The notes below the pieces were generated by a model. It was given only the letters and a program-made list of their open reading frames with translations, searched no databases and was not told the origin of the DNA. The translations under genes were made by a program, and so were the position numbers. Shown piece after piece: positions 1 to 8,788 of a DNA stretch of 64,000 nt. The DNA comes from a virus. The DNA lies in the IMG/VR virus record IMGVR_UViG_3300030109_005647, positions 64,001-128,000 of that record; one strand, written 5' to 3'. Within the stretch, counting starts at the first letter, position 1; each line of letters starts with the position of its first letter.

Positions 1-144
1 GGAAACTGCTCCGAGTTCTCCATTGTTGTTGAATTGTAATTGATTGTCTGAGCCAGCGGGTTTAGCTAAAACTGTTGTTGCAGAGTCATCTTTTACTATT
101 TTAAGCAATCTTCTTCTGGACCACTTTCTTCTACCTCTACCCAC
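1..144 (-). CDS. Partial (5' end only) tail-fibre-like protein running off the left edge
   Basis: Not in the ORF track. A GTG at 144 overlaps the upstream TAG; it translates MGRGRRKWSRRRLLKIVKDDSATTVLAKPAGSDNQLQFNNNGELGAVS with no stop. PAGSDNQLQFNNNG resembles the GSxxQxQFN motif of phage fibre proteins. Confidence 0.55.
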   Translation of the reverse strand, partial: MGRGRRKWSRRRLLKIVKDDSATTVLAKPAGSDNQLQFNNNGELGAVS

Positions 145-602
145 TACTTATTCACTCCTGCGTCCACCGCAAAAACAACGGCTAAGGTTAAACCTATGCC
201 GACCACTACACCACCCACTGCCCACCAAGTAGAGTAATCTTCTTTACCAGTCGCTATGTCTGATAATCTTTTTATTTCTTCATCTTTGATATCTATTAAT
301 GTGGTGTGCTTTTCTTGTAAAGCGTCTAGACTAGCTTTTTGAGATTGTATGGTGAGATCTAGTCTTGCCTTTTGTTTACCCAACTCATATTGAAGTTTTA
401 AATCAAATTGTTCTTCAAGGTATTTTTTATCTGAAAAAACTCTTGCTGCGGCAATATTATCCAACAGCACACCAGTGTAAGGTGCGTGTTCGCCTTTTGA
501 CAGTCCAGTTATTTTACCTTTTGGAAGGGGATCTTCCGCTAAACAAACTGGGGTATATGCCAATGAAAAGCATAAAACTAGTGCTGTTATTTTACTCAAC
601 AT
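144..602 (-). CDS. Exported coiled-coil protein with C-terminal TM helix (spanin-like)
   Basis: N-terminal signal peptide (MLSKITALVLCFSLAYTPVCLA), central coiled coil, C-terminal hydrophobic helix WWAVGGVVVGIGLTLAVVFAV; downstream of a holin-like gene. Confidence 0.5.
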   Translation of the reverse strand: MLSKITALVLCFSLAYTPVCLAEDPLPKGKITGLSKGEHAPYTGVLLDNIAAARVFSDKKYLEEQFDLKLQYELGKQKARLDLTIQSQKASLDALQEKHTTLIDIKDEEIKRLSDIATGKEDYSTWWAVGGVVVGIGLTLAVVFAVDAGVNK

Positions 603-996
603 AGTTTAGCCCATATCTTTCTGCTAAAACTTTTGCTAAATCATCAGGTCTGTCGTTATACTCTTTCACTATCTTTTTTATTTCCTGTTTTTTCTTTTTG
701 CTTATTGCCATGTTTTTATCTTTATAGTCTTTCTCTAGCTGTAATAAGATAGTGTCATACTTTTTTAAAATGTTGTCTCTTGTCTCAATTTCTTTTCTAT
801 GTGTGTCTTCTATCGCTTTTATCTGATCTTCATAACTTTTAGAACGAATCTCTAATACGTCTAATGCTTTTGTCTTATTTCTAAACAAAAACCATAAAAC
901 CAGGGTGTAAATAATAACGGCTGGAACATACCAGTTGTGCTTTAACCAAGCCCAAGTTTTCTTTAAAGTTGATTTTAAAGTCAATAAAGTTAACAT
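592..996 (-). CDS. N-terminal TM plus coiled-coil protein (i-spanin/Rz-like topology)
   Basis: TM segment WYVPAVIIYTLVLWFLF followed by a charged coiled coil. Start placed at ATG 996 (TAATG overlap) rather than 1014. Confidence 0.5.
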   Translation of the reverse strand: MLTLLTLKSTLKKTWAWLKHNWYVPAVIIYTLVLWFLFRNKTKALDVLEIRSKSYEDQIKAIEDTHRKEIETRDNILKKYDTILLQLEKDYKDKNMAISKKKKQEIKKIVKEYNDRPDDLAKVLAERYGLNYVE

Positions 997-1214
997 TACT
1001 TTCCATGCTTCCATGTTGCAGCTATATCCGCGATGCCTTGGATACCAATATAAGCAAGTGAAACGGCTACCCAGTCTTCACTGGTTAGAGCACCACCTAC
1101 TAACATAAAATAAGTAGCAGTCATCCAGACCATAAGCTTTCTTGAAAGCAATCTTCCTATTGTTTTATCTAAAAAAGGTTTTACTTGTTTTGCTTGCTCT
1201 TGAATCTCTGTCAT
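996..1214 (-). CDS. Holin-like small membrane protein
   Basis: 72 aa, two hydrophobic helices after SRKL, basic C-terminus; AGGAG RBS. Confidence 0.55.
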   Translation of the reverse strand: MTEIQEQAKQVKPFLDKTIGRLLSRKLMVWMTATYFMLVGGALTSEDWVAVSLAYIGIQGIADIAATWKHGK

Positions 1215-1224
1215 CTTTTATCTC

Positions 1225-2517
1225 CTATGTTTCTGCTTTATATGGTTTTCCATCTGGAGTTTTTCCTCTTATATTTGCTGGTCCGGGGATTGTTACATAG
1301 TAAGGTGCTTGTCTATTTGACTCTGATCTCGGAAAAGCCCTAGTGAATAATTTATTTGCGGTGGAGTGTATTGTAAAACTCCCACCAAATTTTCTAGAAA
1401 AATCTTCCCCATTGTCATCATCTTGCCAATAGGGAATTGGTATAAATTCAAAAGCACCCATGTCGTATGCAGCACCCTGCGGTCTGCTTGTTCCATTAAA
1501 GTCGACTGTAACAGAAGCGATTGTTTTACCTGTGTCAATACAAGGAGATCCCTCTTGAAGTTGAAGCCCCTCGGGAAAACTTGATTCATTAACAAATTGC
1601 GGATCAGCTATGACCTCGCCCCTTCCATCTGTTGCTCCCGCACCGGTGTTGTCTTTTATTGGTCCATTATCCGTACCAAAGGTACCAGCGACACAATTAT
1701 TTGAATACGAAAGGTCTGCATCTATTCCTGTTAAGGCAACGTTTACACTACCACCGTTTATATTTTTGATAATTGTATTTTCAACTACGCCGGCGCGAAT
1801 GATTGTGGTGCCGCTGTTCCCGCGATCCACCAATATCGTACAATTTCTTACTATAAAGTTATGATCGTTTCCGCTGCTGTCGTCAATATAGTTATTAGAT
1901 GTTGTTGATGCAGTGTTATGAAAAATAGAATTTTTAAATAATACGTGTTGGTCGTCACCACCGTTATTAACAATTATCGTGTCTGCACATGTAGCCTTAA
2001 CTTCACAGCGATTCAATAGATTAGGTATATCAGCCGTGGCTCGTCCCGGATCATTGAAAATGTTAACATTTGTCATTTGTTGAAATGTACAATCGGTAAA
2101 TTGTATTGTCGGATTGCCATTGCTGACGGTGTTGGTTGTGCATATATCATTGCCACTTCCATTAAAGTCACGAAAAGTAATGCCTTGAAAAGCGATTACT
2201 GTACTGGCTGGTGCGTTTGCCCCATTAAAAGCTGGTCCTGTGCTAGAGGCTCGGGCGCCTGCACCTGTAAATGCGGGGGTTTGTCCTTCGGCTGCAACGA
2301 AGTTAATGCTTCTAGATGCGAAACATCTACTTTGGGTGTTGCTAAGTCCTGAAAGCGTTTCGCCTGGATTGTAAGTATTAGAGTCTAATATTCGTATTGT
2401 GCCCCCGTCTGAAGGATCCAAGCGAGCTATTCCCGCTCGTAGACTTTTTACAGGTCGGGCTTCGGCACCATCAAAGCTATCATTACCACTAGTATCTGAA
2501 ACAAATATTGTAGTCAT
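1225..2517 (-). CDS. Right-handed beta-helix (pectin-lyase-like) protein with choice-of-anchor-Q-like domain
   Basis: N-terminal FVSDTSGNDSFDG..RPVKSL, Asn-rich beta-helix rungs, C-terminal ADPQFVN..LQLQEGSPCIDTG..DFNGTSRPQGAAYDMGAFE. Confidence 0.75.
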   Translation of the reverse strand: MTTIFVSDTSGNDSFDGAEARPVKSLRAGIARLDPSDGGTIRILDSNTYNPGETLSGLSNTQSRCFASRSINFVAAEGQTPAFTGAGARASSTGPAFNGANAPASTVIAFQGITFRDFNGSGNDICTTNTVSNGNPTIQFTDCTFQQMTNVNIFNDPGRATADIPNLLNRCEVKATCADTIIVNNGGDDQHVLFKNSIFHNTASTTSNNYIDDSSGNDHNFIVRNCTILVDRGNSGTTIIRAGVVENTIIKNINGGSVNVALTGIDADLSYSNNCVAGTFGTDNGPIKDNTGAGATDGRGEVIADPQFVNESSFPEGLQLQEGSPCIDTGKTIASVTVDFNGTSRPQGAAYDMGAFEFIPIPYWQDDDNGEDFSRKFGGSFTIHSTANKLFTRAFPRSESNRQAPYYVTIPGPANIRGKTPDGKPYKAET

Positions 2518-2525
2518 TTAGAACC

Positions 2526-5500
2526 TCAAATCATAATGTGTGCGAACCCCTCTTTTTTATCAATCGTGATTTGTTGGTCCACACAATCTTTAAGATGGTC
2601 AAGGTGAGAAATCAAAATGACCGTTTTAAAGTATGTCTTAATTAGTTCTAAAATTGAAATAAAACCATCCATATTCTCGGCATCTAACGCAGTCCCCGGC
2701 TCATCAAGAATAAAGACGTTAGACTTTGGAAGAGATGATACAGATAGAAGGGCAAGACGAATAGCCATTGCTGCTAGCGTCTTCTCTGCGCCTGAGCCCA
2801 TTTCAATAGGGCGACGATCATATTTTGGATGCTTAATAAATATATTAAGTCTTTTTTCTTCTGCCTCAAAGAAAATCTCAAAGTCTACAACGTTGGCTAA
2901 GATGCGAGACATTTCATCATTGATAATAGGCAGCTTCTTTTTGATAATGTCATAAGCAATGCCGTTAGGGTGCATACACTTCATTAGAAGGTCAAAGGCT
3001 GTCATCTCGTTTTGTAGATTATGTAGCCATTCTTTCTTTTCTTGTAGTGTCTTAACCTTTTGAGCTAGTGAGCCATTCTCTCTGTGGAGTTTTAGCAACT
3101 CGTCTTGGCAGCATTTTATATCCTTTTGTTTTGTTAATAAAGCTTTCGCTACTTTTGCCAACTCCAAAGTAAACAATTCTTTATTTTCTATAAGGTCTTT
3201 GTTTTTATTATAGTCATTAATCAAAAGGTTGAGCTTCTGAACTTCGTTCTGTGCTGTAAGTATGGAGTTCTCCCACTTACCCTTTTCAAGATCGGTTTTA
3301 AGAACAACTTTTTCAGCTTCTCTTCGCTTCTCCATTAGTTTTTTGTATTTTTCTAGATGTGAGTTTATTTTTTCTTCGTCAGTCTTATTCAGTAGACTTT
3401 CTGCTTTATGCTTTTGCTCGTTTATCGATTGAACTTGTCCCACGAGATCTACTAGGGTTTCTTTCGAAGCGTGAGCGTCTTTGATAAACTTACAAGACTT
3501 GAACTTATCTCCACAAGGAACATCGCCAAGAAGCTTTACTTTTTTCTCGTTTAGTTTTTTAAGATTCTCTGCGTTTTCTAGCTCCATTAGAAGATTGCTT
3601 ATTTTGAGAAGTTTTTCGTCTATTTCGTCTTTTTGATTTTTCACGGAGACTATATCAAAAGATTCCTCAAACTTCCCAATCTTGTCTAAAAGTTCTTTCT
3701 TTTCAGCAAGTATTATATCACACTGACTAACACTGGTGTTGTAAGTCTGGATATTCTGTTCTTGTTTAGTTTTTTTCTGTAGAACTTCGTCAATGTTAAT
3801 GACTTCTGCCGGAATAGAACTTATCTTTGTTTCAAGATCTTTTTTGTCCATTTGTAGAGACATTAACTCGCCGTTTAGTTTCTCACAGGTTTGGTTTTGC
3901 TCCTGTATGTTGTTTTCAGAAAACATCATTTGTTTTTCTATTTCATAGATTTCGCTATCATAGTCAATATCTTCTGCTTTACGGAGTGCGCCGCGAAGAT
4001 CTGTTGCCTCGTCTTTGATCAACTTATACTTTTTCTCAAAGAACTGGAGGTCTAGAAACTTTGCGAGTGCTTCTTTCCTTTTTGTAGAACCATCGTTGAT
4101 AAAACGAAGAGAGTCAATCTGCGAAGACATAGAAGTCATTAGGAAATCATCGACGTTGCCAAAATGATTTCTGATAATAGCGTCAGTTTCATTTCTAGTC
4201 GTGCCGTTGAGAATGGTTTCTTCTTCCGTTACAATATCTTTTACCTTAAATAAAATATCTGTTTTGGCTTCTACTGTTTCGTCGCCTCTAAGTTTTTTGA
4301 TATACTTTTCGCTTTTGCGTTCGATTGTATAACTTTTAGGTCCAACATCGATTGTAACTGAACCAAGAGCTTCTTCTTTGTTTTGATTGATAATGTTGAG
4401 GTTTTTACGTTCGTTCTTGCTTGTTGAGTTGAAGATAGTGTAGAGCATACTATCGACAACTGAGGACTTACCAGAAAAGTTTTTACCAAAAATGCCGATG
4501 ATACCGTTTAACTTATCAAAGTTTATAGAGTTGTCCTCGCCATAGTTAAATAAGTTATTCCACTGCATAGAGCGCAAGTTCCAGTTTATATTGCGCTGAA
4601 CGTCTTCTTTTTCCGCTAAGGCGGTATTACATTTGCGATTTAGTTCATATACCGCTTCTAACTGCTCGTCTGTCGCCTCAAAGTCTTTTAAATACTCTTT
4701 GATAAGTTTTTCTTGAACTGTGACGTCACGTAGATTGTCTTCTACATCGTCAGTTGCCAGATCTTCGACGCTGCCTCTTTGACCAGCAGAGCGGTTTAGA
4801 TAACCAATGCTTTCTGGTTTAAATCTGTGTTTGGCTGCGTCAATAGCTCGTCTCATCGTGCTAACAGGCAGACTATTTTCTGAAACAAGACGAATACGAG
4901 CACCCAAAGGGCAATCTGTATTTTTGGGCAATCGACCAGTTCTAGTTAGATTGATAGTGACGAAAGGCTTTGGATTTGGAATTACGACATGCTTCACCGT
5001 AAAGTTTTCTTTGTCTTGGATATCCCAAATAAGAAAACCTTTATCATTCGTCTCTCCGAAGTTCTGCTGAACAGTAGAACCTGGATACCGTATTTTTCCT
5101 GCGTCGTCTAGTGCTTGATTTGTTTTATGGATGTCGCCTAAAAAGGCGTAGTCGAATTCGTCAAAGATCGATATCTCGTTTTCTCCGTGCTGCATTGTCC
5201 AGCCGACATCCGTGCGGCAATTTGAAATAGACCCGTGATACAGACCAATGTTAATAACATTATAGTCGGTAGGATCTCTCCAATTATCCCTATCAAATAC
5301 GCTAAGAACGTTGAGACATATTTCTTCATTTATTTTTACCTCTCCGCTATTCTTCAACAAGAAGAGGTTTGGAAGATCCAAAGCTTCAACTATTGGAGTA
5401 ATAGCATCTTCTCGGCTACTATTTTTCAAGTTGCCGTCATGGTTTCCAAGTATTATATAGGTCGGTGCGACAGAACTTAACCCACTTAGGAATTCTGAAC

Positions 5501-5684
5501 ACATTTTTACAAACTCAGGAGAGATGTTTGTCTTGGAGTGTGCGATATCTCCACAATGAATAATATAATCTACCTTTTCTTCGCGTAAGTGCTCGTAAAG
5601 TTTAGAGAAAACCTCACGATACTCTGTGTGATATTTCAGATTTTTTATGTGCGTATCCGCGATATGGGCGATTTTATAACTCAT
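2526..5684 (-). CDS. Fused SbcD/Mre11 nuclease - SbcC/Rad50 ATPase (T4 gp47-gp46-like)
   Basis: Phosphoesterase motifs IADTH, GDIAH, GNHD, GDIH; Walker A GKNFSGKSS; long coiled coil; signature GSGAEK; Walker B FILDEP; H-loop ISH. Confidence 0.93.
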   Translation of the reverse strand: MSYKIAHIADTHIKNLKYHTEYREVFSKLYEHLREEKVDYIIHCGDIAHSKTNISPEFVKMCSEFLSGLSSVAPTYIILGNHDGNLKNSSREDAITPIVEALDLPNLFLLKNSGEVKINEEICLNVLSVFDRDNWRDPTDYNVINIGLYHGSISNCRTDVGWTMQHGENEISIFDEFDYAFLGDIHKTNQALDDAGKIRYPGSTVQQNFGETNDKGFLIWDIQDKENFTVKHVVIPNPKPFVTINLTRTGRLPKNTDCPLGARIRLVSENSLPVSTMRRAIDAAKHRFKPESIGYLNRSAGQRGSVEDLATDDVEDNLRDVTVQEKLIKEYLKDFEATDEQLEAVYELNRKCNTALAEKEDVQRNINWNLRSMQWNNLFNYGEDNSINFDKLNGIIGIFGKNFSGKSSVVDSMLYTIFNSTSKNERKNLNIINQNKEEALGSVTIDVGPKSYTIERKSEKYIKKLRGDETVEAKTDILFKVKDIVTEEETILNGTTRNETDAIIRNHFGNVDDFLMTSMSSQIDSLRFINDGSTKRKEALAKFLDLQFFEKKYKLIKDEATDLRGALRKAEDIDYDSEIYEIEKQMMFSENNIQEQNQTCEKLNGELMSLQMDKKDLETKISSIPAEVINIDEVLQKKTKQEQNIQTYNTSVSQCDIILAEKKELLDKIGKFEESFDIVSVKNQKDEIDEKLLKISNLLMELENAENLKKLNEKKVKLLGDVPCGDKFKSCKFIKDAHASKETLVDLVGQVQSINEQKHKAESLLNKTDEEKINSHLEKYKKLMEKRREAEKVVLKTDLEKGKWENSILTAQNEVQKLNLLINDYNKNKDLIENKELFTLELAKVAKALLTKQKDIKCCQDELLKLHRENGSLAQKVKTLQEKKEWLHNLQNEMTAFDLLMKCMHPNGIAYDIIKKKLPIINDEMSRILANVVDFEIFFEAEEKRLNIFIKHPKYDRRPIEMGSGAEKTLAAMAIRLALLSVSSLPKSNVFILDEPGTALDAENMDGFISILELIKTYFKTVILISHLDHLKDCVDQQITIDKKEGFAHIMI

Positions 5685-6600
5685 TCATGCTCCAATAAAT
5701 ATTAAAAATACTTTCTAAATTAATTTGCGATGCATCTGATTTCAACTCTTCTGCCTCTGTTTTTGTTATGGAACCGATATCATCTATTTCTGAAGTATCT
5801 AGCTTGTATACGTCTAGTCCGTATTCTAATAACAGAGATATAATTTTCATTGACTTATTTAATGCATCTTCGTCCAAGCCAATATAAACTTTTGTTTGTT
5901 TTTCTACAATCTTTTTAAATAACTTTGTCGTTTCCTTCAAGGTTGAACCAAGAATGGGAATAGAGTTTTTCATTTTGATAGAATCAAACGGACCCTCTAC
6001 AAGAGTTATCGGTTTGTTCCAATCAATCAAAAGATCATTAAAAATAATATTTTTTGACGCTGGTGGATTTTTATAAGACAGCCAATCACCGCTATAAGAC
6101 CGTGCTGTAAAATAATTACAATTACCCTCATCGTCAAAGGACGGTATTATTATACGCTTTTTATACTTACCTGTCAAGCAAAATCCTATCTTATGATATA
6201 ATATATCTTTTTGTCCTATACCTCTGGACCATAAGTAAGATATAGCTTCGTCAGCAGCAGGGGGCAAACCTTTCTTTGCTAGACACATATATTCTGGTGG
6301 GATATCCACAGGTTGCAACTTTTCTTCTGGCTGATTAAAAATCAAGTCCATTGTGGAAAAGTCGACCTCTTGATCTAGCAGAGCCCAATCATGACGGTCA
6401 TCAATTGATCCAAAGCGTTTTATGAGATAGGATATCGCGCCTTTTGTATCGCAAACCCAACATTTAAAAAAACCTTTGGTCACATTGACTGACAGTTTCT
6501 TTTTGTGGTGTTTACAAAAGGGGCAATGATGGAGTGTCTCGTCTCTTGAGTCATATCCAGATCCAAGGACTTCTTTTAGAATAGTTTTTTTATTTCTCAT
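5674..6600 (-). CDS. DnaG-type DNA primase
   Basis: Zn finger CPFC...CWVC, RIIIPSFD, TOPRIM motifs LVEGPFD and GLDED. Confidence 0.9.
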   Translation of the reverse strand: MRNKKTILKEVLGSGYDSRDETLHHCPFCKHHKKKLSVNVTKGFFKCWVCDTKGAISYLIKRFGSIDDRHDWALLDQEVDFSTMDLIFNQPEEKLQPVDIPPEYMCLAKKGLPPAADEAISYLWSRGIGQKDILYHKIGFCLTGKYKKRIIIPSFDDEGNCNYFTARSYSGDWLSYKNPPASKNIIFNDLLIDWNKPITLVEGPFDSIKMKNSIPILGSTLKETTKLFKKIVEKQTKVYIGLDEDALNKSMKIISLLLEYGLDVYKLDTSEIDDIGSITKTEAEELKSDASQINLESIFNIYWSMNEL

Positions 6601-7058
6601 TTAGAATGTTTGTCTGCGACTACTGAAGCTGCAAAAGAATCAGGCTTGATCTTACAAGCGAATCCAGATCCAACTGCGTAGCCTACTAGCATTTTAGCCA
6701 TAGGTGAGGTTCTATTATTACATTCTTCTGGTGAAATGTCAATATGTATTTCTACATTTGTTGTTGGGCATAATTCTGTTATCTTCATTGCCATATTTAT
6801 TGACTTCTCAGCTTCCTTAAGAATGCGGTTGTAAAATCTATCAGGGTCATTATACTTTTCTATTTTATAAAAGTAAAGACCTCCTTTTTGATTTTGGGCA
6901 CCAACAAGGACGATAGTGGTTGTAAATGTGCATTTTCCCGTTTTTACATGAGAATCTGTTCCTACAATAACCTGTCCTTTGTTTTTATTATGAGTTTTTA
7001 TTTTTTGTGTGATATCGAAAAAGTTAATGGATTTACCTGCACCGGTAGTCCAGTTCAT
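6597..7058 (-). CDS. RNase H-like YkuK (DUF458) family protein
   Basis: VIVGTDSH, EAEKSI, EIHIDIS, KPDSFAASVVADKH. Confidence 0.8.
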   Translation of the reverse strand: MNWTTGAGKSINFFDITQKIKTHNKNKGQVIVGTDSHVKTGKCTFTTTIVLVGAQNQKGGLYFYKIEKYNDPDRFYNRILKEAEKSINMAMKITELCPTTNVEIHIDISPEECNNRTSPMAKMLVGYAVGSGFACKIKPDSFAASVVADKHSK

Positions 7059-7567
7059 TTTAGCCCTGCCTTTGCTACTACTATTGCATCAGCAATATCA
7101 AAGTATTTTGGTCTAGGATTACCTTTGTGTGTATATTCTACACTAAAGTCAGGGTAGTTGTCAAGCACCCATTGTAGGATTTGTTTTTTTGTATCTTTAC
7201 CCTTTTGAACCTTTATTTCGTTAAGTTTTCGTGCTTGCTGGGCAGTAAAGTAGGTTGGTTGATGCTTGAACGTCTCATAACATATCCACGACACTGTGCC
7301 ATTAAACTTTTGCAATGCTGCCATAGTTTTTGCTGTAGAGCCTCCAGAACCAAAAAACATAAAAGGTTTCTCTATAAATACCTTCTGGATGGGGTATTGT
7401 GCTTTTAGTTCTTGTAGTCCGTCTTTAACGTGTTGAATTTTATCAAAAAATGTTTCAAACTTATTTTTATTTCTTGTGTCCCAAACGCCAGAGCGGATTA
7501 TTTCACCTTCCCCGTCTAAGATACAAAACCCAGTTATACTGGTGCTTATATCTAATCCTAAAATCAT
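7055..7567 (-). CDS. RuvC-like Holliday junction resolvase
   Basis: ILGLDISTSITG, VFIEKP, K in DTKKQI, DIADAIVVA acidic tetrad pattern. Confidence 0.85.
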   Translation of the reverse strand: MILGLDISTSITGFCILDGEGEIIRSGVWDTRNKNKFETFFDKIQHVKDGLQELKAQYPIQKVFIEKPFMFFGSGGSTAKTMAALQKFNGTVSWICYETFKHQPTYFTAQQARKLNEIKVQKGKDTKKQILQWVLDNYPDFSVEYTHKGNPRPKYFDIADAIVVAKAGLK

Positions 7568-7581
7568 TGTAGTTATTTCCT

Positions 7582-8787
7582 TTAAATGTCTAGTTTTAAT
7601 CTAAACGTGTAGTCTATATCTTCTTTCTTTTTAACTGGTTTCGATAGGTTTGCTATAGCAATAAGATTTTTGTTTTCGTCGTAAATGCCCACTTTACTAA
7701 TAAATGTTTGCGGTTTAAATTCTTCATTGTAGTCATGAAAAGAGGAGCTTATGGTGTTTTTTACCCCAACTGTATTATTTTGAAAATAGCCGCCTGCGCC
7801 AGAACTTGGAGATTTATCATCGTTATACTTTACATATGTTGGATTTGGAGAGAAATTTAGATCTCCCAGTGGGGCATCGCAATTCATAGTTATTGTATTT
7901 ATGTAATTTGTGCCTTGAAAGTTTAATGCAAAACTCGCAGAAGGTGTTATGTCCGCTGGAGCAAGACCGTCATTTGCACCAGCACAAAAATCTCTCCAGC
8001 TACCTCGTCTCGTGCCAATGCCAAAATCAAAGTTATCTTCAGTTAGATTCCAACTACCTGTCAATAAGATAAAACCTTCATTGTATAGAACCACACCGGC
8101 AACTTTATCAGCACCATTTGCTTGAGCAAAAGCAGTGCCACTAGTTTGTATTAGTTCACCATTACGATAAATATCCTCACAACGTGAAACCAAAGTTCCT
8201 GATATGTAAAAATCTAATTTAACAGAATTTCTACGAATCTCTGAACTATAGAAAATACTAGGTATACTTATCAAGGTAACATTTTGTGATTCCTTGTCTC
8301 CCAATGATGAAGAAAACGCATAATGATTACTTACTGGCTTGTAATAGTTTAAAGTATTTTTTAAAGCCAACAAGTGAGAACCTGTCGGATTCGTTGCCGA
8401 CTCAAACGTTTCTCTCACAATTGAAGAAGAAAGTGGATAACTACCTGTTATTATATCACCATATAGGAATTGATTAAAGGCATTATCACTAATTGTGGCA
8501 AAAGAGTTCAAAGAAGAGTCTTTTGTTATAAAAGGAAAGATCCTTGCTTTTACTCCGGCATCAGTGTCTGGGTCATATGTGTGGTCTGCGAGATTTCTAT
8601 CTACGTTTAATTCGTATAGACTAACATGCCCAACTGGTACATTAGTAACATTATTGGTATTTGCACCAATTATTTTATTTTTATTGTTATAATAGATTTC
8701 CGCATTATTAACAAAAAATACATTGTCTGGATAGGTTTTGATCCTATTCTTCAATACATCTTTTGGACCAAACTTATAATAAGACAT
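7582..8787 (-). CDS. Virion structural protein with tail-collar/fibre-attachment-like C-terminus
   Basis: C-terminal ISKVGIYDENKNLIAIANLSKPVKK..FRLKLDI, like DUF3751-type fibre-attachment domains; paralogue of 8789..9871. Confidence 0.65.
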   Translation of the reverse strand: MSYYKFGPKDVLKNRIKTYPDNVFFVNNAEIYYNNKNKIIGANTNNVTNVPVGHVSLYELNVDRNLADHTYDPDTDAGVKARIFPFITKDSSLNSFATISDNAFNQFLYGDIITGSYPLSSSIVRETFESATNPTGSHLLALKNTLNYYKPVSNHYAFSSSLGDKESQNVTLISIPSIFYSSEIRRNSVKLDFYISGTLVSRCEDIYRNGELIQTSGTAFAQANGADKVAGVVLYNEGFILLTGSWNLTEDNFDFGIGTRRGSWRDFCAGANDGLAPADITPSASFALNFQGTNYINTITMNCDAPLGDLNFSPNPTYVKYNDDKSPSSGAGGYFQNNTVGVKNTISSSFHDYNEEFKPQTFISKVGIYDENKNLIAIANLSKPVKKKEDIDYTFRLKLDI

Positions 8788-8788
8788 T

